Under the pieces are notes generated by a model. The model saw only the letters and a list, made by a program, of their open reading frames with translations, made no database searches and was not told where the DNA came from. The position numbers and the translations under genes were made by a program. DNA of 64,000 nucleotides from Ramazzottius varieornatus (Eukaryota; Animalia; Tardigrada). Location of the stretch: positions 1,031,313 to 1,095,312 of the forward strand of contig BDGG01000016.1 in assembly GCA_001949185.1 (NCBI GenBank). Reading direction: 5' to 3'. Below are positions 18,304 to 33,500 of the stretch, one piece after another (within the stretch, counting starts at the first letter, position 1; each line of letters starts with the position of its first letter).

Positions 18304-18970
18304 TTATTTGTCCTTCTGCTCGACCACCAATGCCAAAAAGTCAAACCAAATACGGAATACGTCGTAGGATGGAGCCATTAGTAAATAGGTTTTCTGTGTC
18401 GTCTTCAGGCAAAACTTCGGCTCTGATCTTGATGAGGAATCTGCGGATACTGCTATGATATGGCGGAATGGAATCACTGAAATCCAAAGACTCTTCCCAC
18501 AAACTTGTCTTTCAAGCGAGAGGCCGCCAAAAAATCTTGGAACAATCGTTATCTCAAGTGGCGCATGGTTCAAGCCAATAACCAACAAAACCGCGCCACA
18601 CGAGATGACGACCATCTCCCAAGACCTATTAACCGAAAATTTCACTTTACCTTGAGCCGCACCGTGTTCCTTGTTGTTTCTGCCAAGAGGTAAGATTTTC
18701 GTCCAGTCAGAAATAGTCCTTGAAAGTAAGAGCTGATGTACTCACTTATAATAGATTAGGGTTCCGGCTCTCCAGTCAAAGACGAACCATCGGCGGTTCC
18801 ACACTTTCCAGCGATGACTGAGTTTCTGAAGGTATCCGCGGATTGTTGCATCGTCCACTCTGACGTAGTTCTTGACGTTGTCCAGATTGAATCCGTTCGT
18901 CTCTAGGAAGTGCTTGACGCTGAAGTCCGAGCTGTGAATGGCCGCCAGACTGACACGGGACTGTGTATTC
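18304..18970 (-). CDS. PHLDB/LL5-like C-terminal PH domain (upstream exons unresolved)
   Basis: DFSVKHFLETNGFNLDNVKNYVRVDDATIRGYLQKLSHRWKVWNRRWFVFDWRAGTLIYY...IPFRHII...FCLKTTQKTYLLMAPSYDVFRIWFD. Confidence 0.78.
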
Positions 18971-21900
18971 TGAAAAACGCCAGGTTTATCGTTAGTCGGT
19001 GCATTGGTTGAAAGTCTGAAATTGATTGGACCAGAAAGTGACCAATTGAGTTTCCCATCAGATCGCGCACTACGTCATGCGAAAGTCCTTCCCTAACAGT
19101 CGGTTCGAATTCATCCGCAAATTTCTTGATGACGTAAAAAATTCAAGTTTGCAGATTTCAAGTATACTGAACTGAGCCTTGGTAAAATACAGCCGTTTCG
19201 AACGATTCCCCCAGTCGCAATGGATCCGAAATACTTATGATCTCTTCGGCAAACATTTACGCCAGTCCAAACGGGCAGGCTTTTAGGTGATGACAAGATC
19301 ATAGTTCTTCTAAATGGATGGTTCAAATATTTGGAAACATGGCGTAAAGTTCAGAGTAAACGATGTTGTTTGCCGCACGAGCTGACATGTGTGGAAAAAG
19401 TGTTTATGACTTGTCTTCGCCTTCCTCCGGTCTGGGAAAGCTTCTACGGCTTCCTTCGACAGACGAGGTCTGCAAGTAAATGTGTTTTTCATTTCGAACG
19501 ACGTTCCTATACTTTGAGTCTCCTTCCTTCCGTCGAGACCTTCGATTGTCTGTTTCCGTTTGGATGATACGTCAAGAAGCCTGTCCGTGGCTCTTCCGGA
19601 GCTGTTCCCTTCCTGACGTCAGCCCATACATTTCACTCAACTTTTCTCATGGCAGGAAATGAGACACCCGCGTAACATCGGAATTAAATTTAGAAGAACC
19701 TACCAAATTTAACTTGGGTTACCGATTCTCAATCCTGATGTTCGTTTAAATAAGAGCCCGGCACACCAACTCGACCAGATCGCTTTTGGCGCATGCTCCC
19801 ATCCAATAGCACTGAATAGTCGCGCAACTTGGGAAAACAGTCTGGTTGATTTCTTCTCCGAGCTCCAAAACGGAAGAGCGCGGTTTCGCTCTTCAGAAAG
19901 GTTGTAGAAAAAGCCTGAGAACCGCTTTGTGAGAGCGAGAAATCAGTTGGTGTTAAGCGCTTTGAAAATCAGTCTGTCTTCTGACCCAGATGAATTCGCG
20001 CACGAAACCTGTAAGGCGAATAATCGATTGCGTTTTTGCTGCACAGACTCCAGGGTAACCTCTGCTGCGTCTTAAACACTTCGGTAAGGCACAAGACTAT
20101 CAACTCACAAGAGCAATTAAAATGTGGGAGCACGTGAAGTTAGAAGATCGGTGACACAAGACAGATACGGAAATACCCCTGGCATCACGCCGATTGTCAG
20201 TTGGAGAATGTTGACTGCCGCATTCCAATAAGTAACTCTTTTTTGCCTAATGCCAGCATCATACCCAAACTTCTTTCCTGCTTTTCTGCTCATGCAAACG
20301 AATGCTCTCATGCATAACGAGCTTCTAGCTGTAGGCTATAAATACGAGTTGAAAACGACGAGCGTTTTTCTCTCAAAGACTACGGAGCCAATCAAGCATT
20401 CAGGTCAAAGATCATACCACAAAAAGATGCCAAATCCAAAGACTAAAAAAGAAATTGACTTCGCAACATCCTTCATCTGGATCTGCATGAGCCGCTTGAC
20501 TCGACGTATGACATGAACGAACTTTTCAGTTTTGACATATCACGCTCCCATCGAACCTTCAGAAAGACTTCGAACCAATTGCAAAACTTCACTGTCTTCA
20601 GATGTCCACCTCTCTGCGCTCCTTGACTGTGCGACAAATCAATCAAGGGAAACTAGAGAAGAAGACGGCGCAGGCCTTCTCCACTTCCTCGTTCGTGCTG
20701 ATCCGTCCAGCGCTGCCGGTGTTGCCTCCAGTGGATGCCAAGCTGCACGCTGGATACAGATACAAGTGCTGGAAACTCTAGCTCATTAAACTGTCGAGAC
20801 AAACTTTCTGAGAGTCGTGAACTTTTGTGCGAGCAGGAGATCGGAATTCTGACTACGTCCATCTTCATTATGGTTTCTAATTTCACGCACAGTCTCTACT
20901 TTTGCCTGGTAGGAAGTCACCCGTGAAAACAGAGCAACCAGAAATCTTCTTTTGGTATTTTCTCATCGGCTGGTGCTAGCAGTAAAGATTGCGATGAAGA
21001 AGCTCCTTCAAATTAGATCTCAACCTGGGAGACCGGCCAACGAAGCGTCAGAGCTCAGTATTATGAGTGGCACACGTAACTAGCCAGTAATACCGAAGAC
21101 TTGCGCCACTTAAGTAGATGAACTTGCACGTTTCGGTTTGAGAAGACTTACGAAGTTTTGGCTTACGATAGAGTGTAAGGCTGTATCACATTACAGGTAA
21201 ACCAGCTAATAATTCCTCAGTGTATCCACGTTATGATATCACGTACCTTCACAGCATCCAGAGAAACAAGGCTGGCGGACCGGTCATTTTTTATGTTGTG
21301 GGAGCTGGGAGTTTTCTTCTGCCCCTTTTTGTCCCTGTTCATCTTCACGAACATGGTCGACATGACTGAGGTCTGTATAGGTATCCAATCAGAGTATCAC
21401 GGAATTTTTCGCAAGGGCGTTTCCCGATATTTCGACGGTATTCCAGATTAACTAACGAAAACAATACAAGGTAGAGATGGGTCCTACGACTCTCGAGGAA
21501 CCCAGCAGAGTTGCTTTGCAGATACAACCCGATGGTCTAGTTGGCAGACGTTTTAGTCTCGTGGAGGAAAAGTGATAGCCGTGTTGTGATAGAGCAATCT
21601 TTCGTCAGCTGATTATAAAAAACTTGACGATAGTTCGGAGCATCTTTGAAACCGGCTTAGCAGGCCAAGAACTCGGACCACGTACACGTTGGACAGATTG
21701 TAAGCCACCGGAAGTAAGCTTATTCGTAAGCAAGGCTCAACGAAGGTCCCATGCACAGCGGACAAGACCCGATAATTTTGACGATGACAAGGTCCTCACA
21801 GTAAACTGACGTAAGAGAAAATAAAATCACATGGATAATTCCGATGGAACAACAAGACAGACGTCAGAATTTAGTAGTGAAGCCTTAACTACCGATGTAG

Positions 21901-22356
21901 TATAAAGAAGAAAGTGGAAAGAGAGCGATAGCGTGACTGGAAGTGGATGGCGGAAACGACTGCCGAGGATGAGATCGAGCCATCGTATCTTGCGATCACG
22001 AAGAGCCAAGTGCGCTGTATATGGCTAGGCTGCAATTTGACGGCACCTCGACCATCTTTCCTCGATGGTCCTTCCCTCGATGGCTCTTCTGGCTCAGCTC
22101 CAGGCTCCGGTTGCCGCCCTTATGGTAAAGCGTTTCTTTCCTCAAGACACTCCCCGCCTTCTATTGAAGACCCAGCCCGTAATGACATGATAACTCAGTC
22201 ACGGATGATCGCGACCAGCCATGAGATGGATGACGATCAAACTTCAAGATGCACTATGCTTTCTTGCCAGAGTTCTTCTCCACGCAACCCTACACTCTAA
22301 ACTCCCCACAAGGTTCTTCGCCATCCCGAGATAAAATAAACAAGCGGAAAGAACTT

Positions 22357-22557
22357 GGGAGCTTGGCAAACAAATACGAAGGAATTGCTCTTCCAATAGG
22401 CGCAGTTTTGCAGTATTACTGGCTGGAAAGTTGCGCCAATTGGTGGACCGACTTTGTCCAGTTCGTTATTCCCAAGTGGCGCAAGGTTTCGGCAAATAAC
22501 ACTGAAGACGTGCGCCAGTTACAAAACCGATCTTGTCGAGTTTGTCTTCCGAGTTTT
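22357..22557. repeat. GGCGCAC-palindrome family, 2 units
   Basis: gggagcttggcaaacaaa...cccaagtggcgca...cgtgcgcca...gatcttgtcgagtttg. Confidence 0.85.
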
Positions 22558-23093
22558 TACTTGTCACTGGTTCAGGCTTAAGATATCGGGGAAGACGAAA
22601 ACAATTCGTTTTGACGCGTTTCCCCTTACTTAGGAATAAATTACAACCAACTAGCTGGCAGTAGGACAACCCCATCCAGCTTAACTCACGGTTAAGAATC
22701 TTCTGCAGGCTCTTACATCATCGATCTTGCTGTGAGGAAACAAGATCTTAACTGCACGGTCCTTTACAAGTCAAGCCTTCCTATTAGCATGATGTTTGTC
22801 AGTTAATGCGGACCATTTCATCCAGGGAAACAAAGTCCCATCTTGATTTCTCATCCTGTCAAAGATGATACACTCCGATAAATATCATGGCATCAAAGAA
22901 AGCTAGAAGACTCGATAGTTGCTCTCATAGCACAACTCGCTTTGCGCCACGTATTTAAGCTTTTACGAAATATAGGTCTTGAAACGGTATAAAAATCACC
23001 GGATGGATATTCTTAAGTGGCAGTAACCTGAGCAATGGGAAATCTTGGATATCCTTAATCGATTATCTATCAAAATAATAGTACTTGGAAAAC

Positions 23094-24596
23094 TCAATCC
23101 GTAAACTTTGGCTCCCGCTTTTCCAGAAACGCCGACGTACCTTCCTTGAAATCATTCTAGAAACAAACAGAAAGCTTAAGCTGCGAGTTTTGTGGAAGAT
23201 ATTTGTTCAGTCCTTGGAAACATTCGCTGAAAACTCACCGTTGCGGCCATGGCAGATGACATGTACTTTTCTTGTCGAAGACCTTGTCGTAATGGAACTT
23301 CTTGGGCTAAAAACCAACATTTGCAAAACTGAAGCTCAAAGCTCAAGCTTCTCAAATGCTCGAATAGTTCTCACCGAATTTCACTGCATCTTTGGCCATC
23401 AATGCAGCCATCCGTGGTCTGGAAGCAATGAGCTCGGCCAGCTTGATCGCCTCCGGAATGACTTGGTCCGACGGAAACACTTTACTGATGAGACCTACAA
23501 TGATTTCCTCTGTGCATCTTCTCAAAAACCATTCCTTCCCATGGAAAGATAGAGCCTTACTGACCCCACCCTTCGGCTTGTCTAGCTGTAATTCGGTCGC
23601 CGGTGAAAATCATCTCCATGGCCTTTGACTTTCCGATGGCTCGTATGAGCCGTTGAGTTCCTCCCGCACCTTGGAAGAAACTGTTTCTTAGTTTCCTAAA
23701 TGTCGGGTAAAGAAGACATTCGCTCACTCACCCGGAAGGGTTCCAATGTTTATCTCAGGTTGTCCGAACTGTGCTCGTTCACCAGCGTAAACGATGTCAC
23801 ACATCATGACGGTTTCTGTGCCGCCTCCTACCTAATGAAGAAAAAGGCTAAGTCGCGCATGACGTCAGGCACCACACATGCAAAACCCACCATGAGCAAA
23901 TAGGCAGTGCGCGAAATGATGTGGAAACAGGGTCACAGTGAAGATAATCAGTGCTTCTTTATGTACCTACACAGTATCCGTTCACAGCAGCGACGATCGG
24001 CTTCCGACAATCATGAAACTTGTTCCAAAGAAGACTGAAGTCCGTTTTGAAGACTCCGGGGAACGTGAAGCCTTCCATCACAGAAATGTCTGCGCCCACC
24101 GTGAAGACTCGTTCTCCACCGGTATACACGATGGCGCCGATCGCATCGTCCTTCTCGAAGATGTCCAGAGCTTGACGAAGCTCTTTCGACAGGGCAGGAG
24201 ATCTAAACAGAAGCTGTAAGTTACATCTAGAGACTGCTTCAAAACGGGAACAGAGTTTGAAGAAGGCGTACATCGCATTGTGCTTCTTCGGCCTATGAAG
24301 TTGAATAAATCCGACGTTACGTTTCGCTCCTTTGACTTCCACGAGAAGATTCTCGTACTGATATTCTGCATCACAAGTACAGCATTAGGCTGCGTTAGAC
24401 GGTGGAGCATCTGAGAAATTACCACAAACTAACAGCACGCACCTGTTGCTATCTTCTCTGCCGGTGAAGTCGCCTGTTTCGATGCCGTGGTCAGATTACG
24501 GCTTCCGGAAGTTGCACCTCTTAGTATAAAACCCTCACTGCAACCGTAAGTCCCGGACAGCCGTGCCAGGCTGTGCAAAACACGGTGAGAAGACAT
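23094..24596 (-). CDS. ECHS1: mitochondrial short-chain enoyl-CoA hydratase
   Basis: Presequence-like N-terminus; [75 protein letters not shown]. Both catalytic Glu are present. Confidence 0.92.
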
Positions 24597-27508
24597 TTTG
24601 CGATGTGGTCATGGCATCTCTGTCGGGAAGGGATGAAAATACTTAACGGAAAGCACACAACAATAAAATTAAAATTTTAATTGAATTTTAATTTTAGATC
24701 TGAAAATTCGGTCAGAGTGATAGACTCTGATTCGGTCTAACAGCATCTCAGCGGAGCGGATCGAAGCGCTCTGTGTACCTGGTGCAAGCGGAGACATCAG
24801 TGTCCGCAAGACAGTTTTGCAGCTTGTGTCGCCACTGATGGGAAAATGCCGTGGATAAAGTGACGTCATTGCAGACCGCAGTCACCCATGTGACAGATGC
24901 CGCCACTGAATCCGTATCTTTGTGACGGAATAGTTTCGAAACTCTGGGGTTCGACAACTTCGGTTCTTCGTTATTCTTCGCTGAACTACCGAATAGTTTG
25001 CAGAAGCCTGAGTTATCGCCTGTCCAATATAAGCCCGTACAAGATTTAAAGTTCAAACCAGAGCACAATAGGAAAATAGGGCAGTCGACGAGCAGCGGAA
25101 TTTGTCTTGATTACGTAAGGTTACACTGCACTGTAGGCGATATCAAGTGATCAAAACATGAACTCTGAATTTGCGAGTTCGATACTGTCAAGACCCAAAA
25201 CTTTGCGTTGCGTGAATGTACGAGCGTGTTCTCTTCGTGCGCACGTTCTCGTGGCGGTTGCGTCCTACTGGGTCGCAAATTGCAGTGTGTCTCAAGCTCG
25301 TGATCGCCGGAAGGCCAAAAAAATTGTTTTGCGTCGTGGTCGTCCTTCTCCCGATATCGAAAATCAAAAAGCTGAAAATCTTACATTCGAACTCGATAGA
25401 ATTACGAGGGAACCCTGAACAGAAAGGTTCCACCAACATGATTGCCCAGTCGCTCCTTTCCATGAGTGGCAGTACTGCACCCAAAGACGAACTTGATGAC
25501 GAGTCGATAGTCATCAGGCGGAACCTTGAATTGTTGTTGCTTTGAGAGGTATTTGAAAAAGTATTGGAGGAGGTGTCGAATGACATTCGGGCATGCGTCT
25601 TTGTTCATCAAGTGGCGACCCTATCAAATCTTGAGTAGGCACTGGCCAGTGGCCCTTCAAGCATTCATGTCTACTGTTCAAAAAACGACCCTGGCTTCCT
25701 GGTCTGATCTTCACTGCTGGTATGCTGTCGTTACGTTTACCACATAATCAGCGCATTCCGTAATTCCAAATTACCGAGCCGCACATGGTAGAACCCGTGA
25801 TGATCAAGCGACGACCCAGATAGTTTCCGTATGGATCTGCTGAGCGGCGCACATTGCTGAAATTCCAGCGAACTGTACGAGGAACCAGGTCGACGCAAAT
25901 TCCAAACAAAACAGATAGCGCGAAGCTTCATGTGATGTCATGTGAGCTTTCGAACTTATGATCTAAATCGTGATGTTGCTGAAAGAACGTTGTGATGTGA
26001 TGCGTCATTTAGAAAACAGGACCTAGAAAGTTAGTACGACAGACGGACCGCCTTCCGCGCTTTTTCTGCCTCAAAGGAAACTCGAATGCCTACGCTACGT
26101 TCTCGCCGAAGTAGGAGTTGATCAGAAACACGTCAAACTCGGTATCGGATTTGGAGGCGATTGATTTTTTCCGAGATAGCGGTGTACGCAGGAGTCGCTC
26201 AAGCACGCCTACTGTAGACCGGATCTTCGTCTGACCGCCGCCTACCTCGCATCGCGTTTGAAATAGGCAGATGGTACGGGGTGGCCCGCTGACTCGCACA
26301 ATAGCGAATGGTCAGAGACCATGCATGCGAGGGTCTGATGACAGTCAGGCAACAAGTTCTCTCGCAGATGATCCATCAGCTGTGCAGTTCAGGTTTTTTT
26401 TTGTTGCCAATGTCTCTCCGTTTTAGTGTTGTCTATACCTACGGGTAAAAACACGCGCGTACAGTAGCGGTACAAGTTAGAGTGCAGCGAAGGAAGGAAA
26501 CGACGAGTCAAGTGGATTAAATTCTTTGCATTTTTCTCAAACGTCCAAGCGGATGTAAGCTGTTGTTCACACGATAAGCCAGGCGAACAAGCGGTGCGGA
26601 CCGATCAATTGCTCTCCAGACCAAAGAGTGGTCAACGTGGACACTGGACCTTGTCCGGAAGGCCGTCGCTTCTGTGCTGGTCCGGCTGGACGCTTACTGG
26701 ACCGTGGACTGAATATACCTGTCTGGTCCAGCCAATTCTCTTCCGTTTATTGTGATATTTCTTCTTATCTTCCTTGATATTTACTCTTTTACCTGCCAAT
26801 TGTTAATCTCCGCGTCGGTTACGAGGAAGCGAGAATGCCATCTAATGGCAGTTCCAACGATGGACTTTGGGCTTCCGCAAAGGAGTTATCTTTACGGAAG
26901 AAGAGCAGAGCCAGAGGGTAAGGCAGCTGTTGAACTGACTTGATTCGTTTGATTGTACAGGTGTTGCGTCATTTGTTATGCGGCGCTCTTCGTTTTGCAG
27001 TGAGAATTGTTTCCGCGATATGCCTTTGTTGTTAAATATTGTAAAGTGGAAGATTGGATGGTTATGTCAGAGCCATGCAAAAGCCCACCATCTTCGCATG
27101 TCAGCTGTCAACTGTCGCGTAGCTGGTATCAGTTCACGATGCCAACGAAGTTTTAAATGGTCCCATCTTGTTCTTGGTGTAAATAATGTTACTTAACGCA
27201 AATGTTTCACATGTGGTTGTGCAGGGGCTGTGGACACAGGCAGTCGTAAACTTTGCTCTGGAAATTTTTGTGAAGTTGTTTGCTGAATGATCGTTTCGTA
27301 ATGGGTATCAGAAAGATCTCAAAGAACATCAATGAGCATGAACAAGCGCAGGCAAATCCACAGCCTGAGTAAGACATCTTTTGTTTGATTGATTTTGGGC
27401 CATTCTCAATCCTATATAAAAAGCATTGATTGAAGCAGAGTGTTGATTGACTTGAGCTGGATGTTACCGCTTCGAATATAATCCTGTTCTTCTTTTTCCA
27501 GGGCGCCG

Positions 27509-30500
27509 ATGAAGGAACGGCTCAGTAACTGCTCAGATACAGAGGAAAGCCAGCCTCCTAAAGAAGAAGTGACGGTGATAAAGAAAAGTTTCTCCTCGCA
27601 GCTGTCAAGGAATTTGTCCCAGACGGAGAACGTCTCCAGCCTCAGCGTCGTTCTTGAGAGTGCTCCCACCTCTCCTGCGGTTACCACTCCCAACAAGGCC
27701 AAGACCACCCTGTTCTCACGGATCCGAAAAGTGCCGATGAATGGAGGTAAGATATCTCTTGACCAATCTTCGATGGCCGAAGCTGAAGAGCGATGGTAAT
27801 CAGAGAACGTTCAATGGTAATTCGCACACGGGTGCAGCCATGGTGCGCCGCCCCGTGAATAAACTTGTACATATCTCCGCTTAATTAACAGGAGACCAGT
27901 GGACGGTGGCGTACCGCACAGCCGACCATTCTACCAGGCTGTGTCGTGCAACAGGTGGTGCGTTGAAAACGGAAACTATCGCCCAAATTTTGCAAGTTTC
28001 TTTTTCCCTATGATAGGTAGAAAACTAGCAGTGATGGACTGATGAAGAGGTGGTAGGGTAACTGAGGCTTTGTTAGGAGGATCCTGTCGATGCGGATGCG
28101 ACAGTCTGAAAGCCTGGGCTTTCGAGTAAGAGATCTCTGAGTCCTCAGCTCAAATGATCACTTTACTTGTCCAACCACAGGTCAGAGACACCATATTTAC
28201 TTTGTTCGCCTTTTGAAATCATTTTCTAGTTACGTCTGGTGTGGGCAGTCGTTGTGGAGGAAAACAATGGCTGCAACGTGCTTTGTTGAGCGCGCTTTTA
28301 GCCGTTGTATATCTCTGTCAATCAAAAATCAAAAAAGCTTCCTGTTTTCGCCTCGTCGCACCTTGAAAGACTTTGTTTGGGGATTTTCTTAATGAGAACT
28401 GCTCACGTTGGGGGTTCGTTGTGCTGACTGCAATTACGGAGAACCTTGACCAGAAGCATGCGTTGTCGTTGAGGGTTTTCTGGCACAGTAGATTAGCCAT
28501 CGTTCTAGGTGCGGTACAGGCAACCTTTGGAACTTGCCAATCTTTCCTGTCCGTCATGCAGTACAAAGTAGCAGGTGCTGGAAGTAATAACTAGAAATCA
28601 GGACCTACATTTCTGTTTGAGGAGCCTAATCTTTTCAGATCTGGTACGGAGACAAAGACAGAACAGTTCGCGGAAACGAGGTTGGCCATAGGGCACAAGA
28701 AGGAAACAAGAGAATTATTACGTCTGCGTGTTTCTTCGTGTCGACCTTGAAGCGTTCCTCTTCAGTGAGCATTGAAGTCGCTCTTGAAGAACTTGAAGAA
28801 AGGCTGGGCTATTATCGTATCGGACTGAGCGTATTCTTTCTGTGCTCCGATGGCGGTTAAGAGCTGTGATGGTAAGAGAGGCAAGAGGACATTGCATGCG
28901 GCTGGTTAGATCATCCGCAGCCGTTAAACGACTCGATGGGGCAGTTCGTATTACCAGCGCGTTGTGCAACATCTTGTCGTGTTTTTTTTGTTGACAGAGG
29001 CTGGCTGGCCAACAAGTTTGCTAATTTATAGACGGTTAAAGTCCGCTGCTGGTACTAAGCCTTACTCGAGAAGGATCTTCAGCAGAAATGGCCGAGGGCT
29101 GCTGTGTACCCAACAACCTTTGTCGTGTCGCACGACGAATTGTTGTTGTGATTATGCACCCTTCTTCTAGCTACCTAGAATGCCTCCGGATGTTAGGAAA
29201 GTCCCTACAAGTTCACTTCTTCATGACAGTTCGCAAACCAGGCCCGGTTGAGGCATATTCGGTGTTGCGGAAAGTACAGTATCGGAAATTTATCCCTGCA
29301 GGGTCTTACATTTGCACGGTTTTCCCGGATTCTAACTAGAATTACGCTCTTGTAATCGGTGTTCCCAATCGGAAACCGAAAAACACATCCAAGTGGAAGA
29401 CCCTGCAGGAGTGCATTTCCTGCATTATAGAAATTTGAAGAAACAAGAGCCATCCAATCAACAACCACAATCAAGGGCAAACTGGCCGATGGTCCAGTTT
29501 GCAGCCGTGCGCGTCACAATGCGCTTAACCGTTAACGGTCTGTACATGACGTCACTGCGGAGCGTTTGATTGTTGATTGGTTTGAGGGATTTTGGCGTTG
29601 ATAAGGAAGTTGCAGACAGCGTTTTCTGCTGTCGTCTCGGTGTTTGCAAACCCGAAGTTGAGCTATTGTGGAAACAGACGCTTTGGTGTATTGCCAGGCT
29701 TCCGAGGCTATTTCCGGCACAAATTTGCATAGTCAGTGGATTTTTCCTGTTTGATGGAAGGCAGCGATTAAGTCGCTGCAGCATGGACGAACAGGTTCCT
29801 TGCTTGGTCTGCCACGCGGATTAAACGCAGCCGTTGCTGACGCGATAAACCTCAAAACTGGTCTTCTGTAAAGTCAAACACAAATCCCACCAGCAATGGT
29901 CAGTGAAGTTGAATTGTCAGGACACAAGAAAGCTGTCGAAACGTAAACCTCCGACAACCACACTTCCTCAATTCCGCTCTTGTCAATATTGATTCGCCAG
30001 GACTTATTTTTCGCTTTACAAGAAACTTACGCGGAAGCGGATGATTGAGGAATGTCAAGCAAGACAAAAAACACTGAAGCTGGTCATGCAGCTCGGCGCC
30101 ACACAGAAGACCATTCATAGACAGAGAATGTGTTGTTCCAAGCACACACCCCGACATCTGGAATATTTTTGTTTGAGATTGAATAGTTATAACATCGATC
30201 AGCATTTGTGTTCATCCACATTCCCAGGAGGTCTTTTATACATCCAAATTCCCCGACGGGAATGTGACGAGCCTAGCTGGGAAAAGTAGGTTTCAAAGCC
30301 AGGCTCGTTCATCCGTGTTCCAACGGTTGTACGTGCGCGCACGGCACGGCCCGCCATGGTCAGTCTGAAAGGTCAGCCGTTGGGCACTCAGTGACCATTG
30401 ACCAGCCAGAACCGTTGGCTTGATTGGCTTCTCACTTACCAGTTGATTAAGCGGCACATACAATGGTTTCCCTTCTGACTTCCGGGCAGGCCTTCCCGTC

Positions 30501-33500
30501 CTCACTCAATCAGAACTTCATCCTTCTGCATGTTTTCCAGCTTGTATATCAATTTATCAATCGAAGTAGTTTGGAAGTGACATGCTACCAGCTGGTGAAT
30601 GTTTAGTGAGGTGCCAACGTGCAATTGCCCCTGGAGCTAACGAACGCTCTCTGTGTCCATGGAAAGTTCCGGTTCTGGGTGTCGCATAATTCTGTTCGGG
30701 AAGTTGTTGATGTTCAGATTGACTTTATGGCTTAATGACTTTGCTGTAACGTCAGAAAAAGCAACATAATTTATGGCTAAATCGAGGAGGTAACAGGTGG
30801 AGATGATCAGTAGTCATAAAACGATCGTTTTGTCAAGTTTAATTTTGGTCTTACGATGAACTCGAGCTTCCGACCAGGTTCTCCGTTGTGCCATGTCACG
30901 TCGGATTATTTTAATAATCCTTCTGGCACAGTTGGCCATCTGGGTAGATTTACTAGCTTAGGCCACTTGCATGCAGAGAACAGCACATCTCCATTCACAA
31001 GCCAAGAAAAACAAAAATATTAAACGGAATGAACAGCAAAAACAAGACCGTTCGAAGAGAAATGGTGGCGTCAAGGAACTCTCAATCAGTCACCTTTAAT
31101 CAGGTGCTTCCCACTGCTTGAATTGCTCAGGGGGAACGTGAGCACTAGTCACAAGCTAAGATATTCAACATTGACCGTAAACTAAATACACCAGAAAGCC
31201 GAAAAGAAAAAGACCAACAAAAGCTTTGCGGCGTGATACTGGCACTGTGACGAGTATGACGTCACGGTACGATGTGGCCATTGACGCGGAATAACCGTGT
31301 GCGTTGGATACCGCGGTGACGTCAGGGACGTGCGCGAGTGAGGTTGGGCAGTTGCGGGGTTCCTGTCGCACGTTTTAGGTTCTGCCATTTTAGCTGTGGT
31401 CAAGCTCTGGTAGACTTGGGTTAATGGTTCCTTCTTCTTTCAGAGCCTGGTCAAATGGATGTGTTTCACTTCGAAGGGGAAGGTTTGACGTACAAAGGCA
31501 AGCTGATCGGCATCAAAGATGTGGACGGACCACGCGGAGACGAAATGTGCCAAGCAGCCATGCAAGAGTTGACTGCCGCCCTGAAACAGTCCAAAGAACA
31601 CAAAGCCCGCATCACCATTTCCGTCTCGTTGCAAGGCCTGAAACTGAAAGACGAGAAAGGAACGGTAAGTCGTTCAAGAAGTTCTTTCTTTGATTTCTAT
31701 TCTCGAATTCTCGAGATAGCGGCAAATGACGTGAAGGTGATCGTTTTCCTAAGCGGCGCACACTACTAGCCAAAAAAACGGAAACGTGCGCCGCTTGAGG
31801 TGACGATTATGTGCAATTCGTTCACTGACGTGTTATTTTCCATGAATTTTTTGGTCCGAGAGAAAGAACGTTGACTTAGTTCTTCTTGACGTTCTTTGGG
31901 GTGAGAAGTGGGTCTAGTGATGCGCATGAACGAGCGGTGCACGTGTGAGCGATGACAGTGGCGGATGGTGATGCTCGGAGATGAAGAGAAGAGGACAGTG
32001 TCTCATCACGAAAGAACACACAGTGTGGTGTTGCGTTGACCTGTCTTTCTGGTGTTTGGTGTACCCATGTGCATCACTGAAAGACTTGTCGAGCATGCTA
32101 TACAATTCAATGTCTGTTTGTGTTGATGGCTCTTTGAAAAGCGAGACGAGAGCTCAATGTGTTTATGTTGACAGACGGTTCTGCATGAGCACGCCGTGCC
32201 AAAGATTTCCTACATCTGGAGGGACCAGTCGGATCAACGGGCCTTCGCTTACGTCTATGGCACCCCAGAAACGGGACACAAAATGATCGCCATCAAAATC
32301 GCGGACAAATCGGTAATAAATTGAATAACAGAACTCTACTTCTCTCACATACCTGCATCCAGTGCTCGGCTGTTATACGGTGGTACCTTGTGTGCAGGTT
32401 GTGAGAATGAGCGAGAATGTTTTCCAAGTTAGAAAATTCCTGGTCTGCTGGAATTTAGCTTCTTGGTCTTTGGCCTTTGAGTAATGATGTCTGAAGAGTT
32501 AGTGAAGATGGTCGACGGAGGTGTATGTCTAACGAAGCGTCTTGTCCTTGCAGGCGGATGCCCTTGTGGGTAGTATTCATCAGCTCTTCCAAGTTGCTTT
32601 TCGCTTGAAGCAGCACGAGCTTGAGCTAGCCAAGAAGGGTCAAGATGATACGGTGAGCAATGGCAGTGACGGTAGCAGCGACGGCAGGAAGGAGAATGGC
32701 CAGTCTGCAACGGGGGTAAGGTCGATCGAGATGTTACACTGATTTACACTCTCTTCATTTAACCACCCACTTTACACCTGTCTGAGGTCGTACTTCACGC
32801 TTCCTTCACTCGAATGTAGGGGAAGGACAGTGAAGGTAATTATCACTGAATACGGTAATCAACGAGGTGTTTTCTGGGCTTTTACAGACGGATACAATAC
32901 AGCAGCATGGTGGAACAAGGAGAACCGGTGGTAAAGTGGACGAGGCCAATCTTCTCGACTTGGAAAGCGAGCTCTTCAGTTTATCACAGGTATGAAGCAC
33001 TCTTCAAAGAAGTAGAAAAAACCTCTGAAGACGAAGCTCTATCCACAGTCAAGGAAGTTAGAAAGAACCTTGCCTTGAAATTCGGTGTGAGGACACGAGA
33101 ATCGAAGTCCGGCCAAACAAACTCGACAAGATTTTATCATTTCGTAAGTAGCGCACGGTTCCAGTCATTTAGACTGAAACGTGCGCCACTTTTACGAACT
33201 CGAGAAGCCCGTTTTCCCAAGTGACTCACACTTATAGTACTGTTAACTGGTAACGTGCGCCACTTTGAAAATCAATCTCGTCATGTTTGTTCGCCGATCT
33301 CCCATCAACCATAAATGCTTGGGAACCCCCAATGACCATTCGGGATTTCCCAAGCATCTATGAAGTGATATGAGGTGTTTTCTATACTTCCTCAGCTTAA
33401 GTTTGCATAGCACCGATGACATTTTTGTCCTCCAGGGCTTGGAGCAGATGAACCACATGCAAGCTCACGTTGCTCCGCCGACTGGTCAAGATGGCTGGGC

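Noticed and set aside
19100-22300. Possible upstream exons of the PHLDB-like gene
   Set aside because: Splice-like signals exist, but I could not build a stop-free, phase-consistent model.
24750-25931. Short ORFs on both strands (e.g. IRHLLQYFFKYLSKQQQFKVPPDDY, faintly MRG-like)
   Set aside because: No convincing domain or consistent exon chain.
27890-31400. Exon-like segments and short ORFs within the long first Dab intron
   Set aside because: No recognisable protein; a nested gene or alternative first exons cannot be supported without transcripts.
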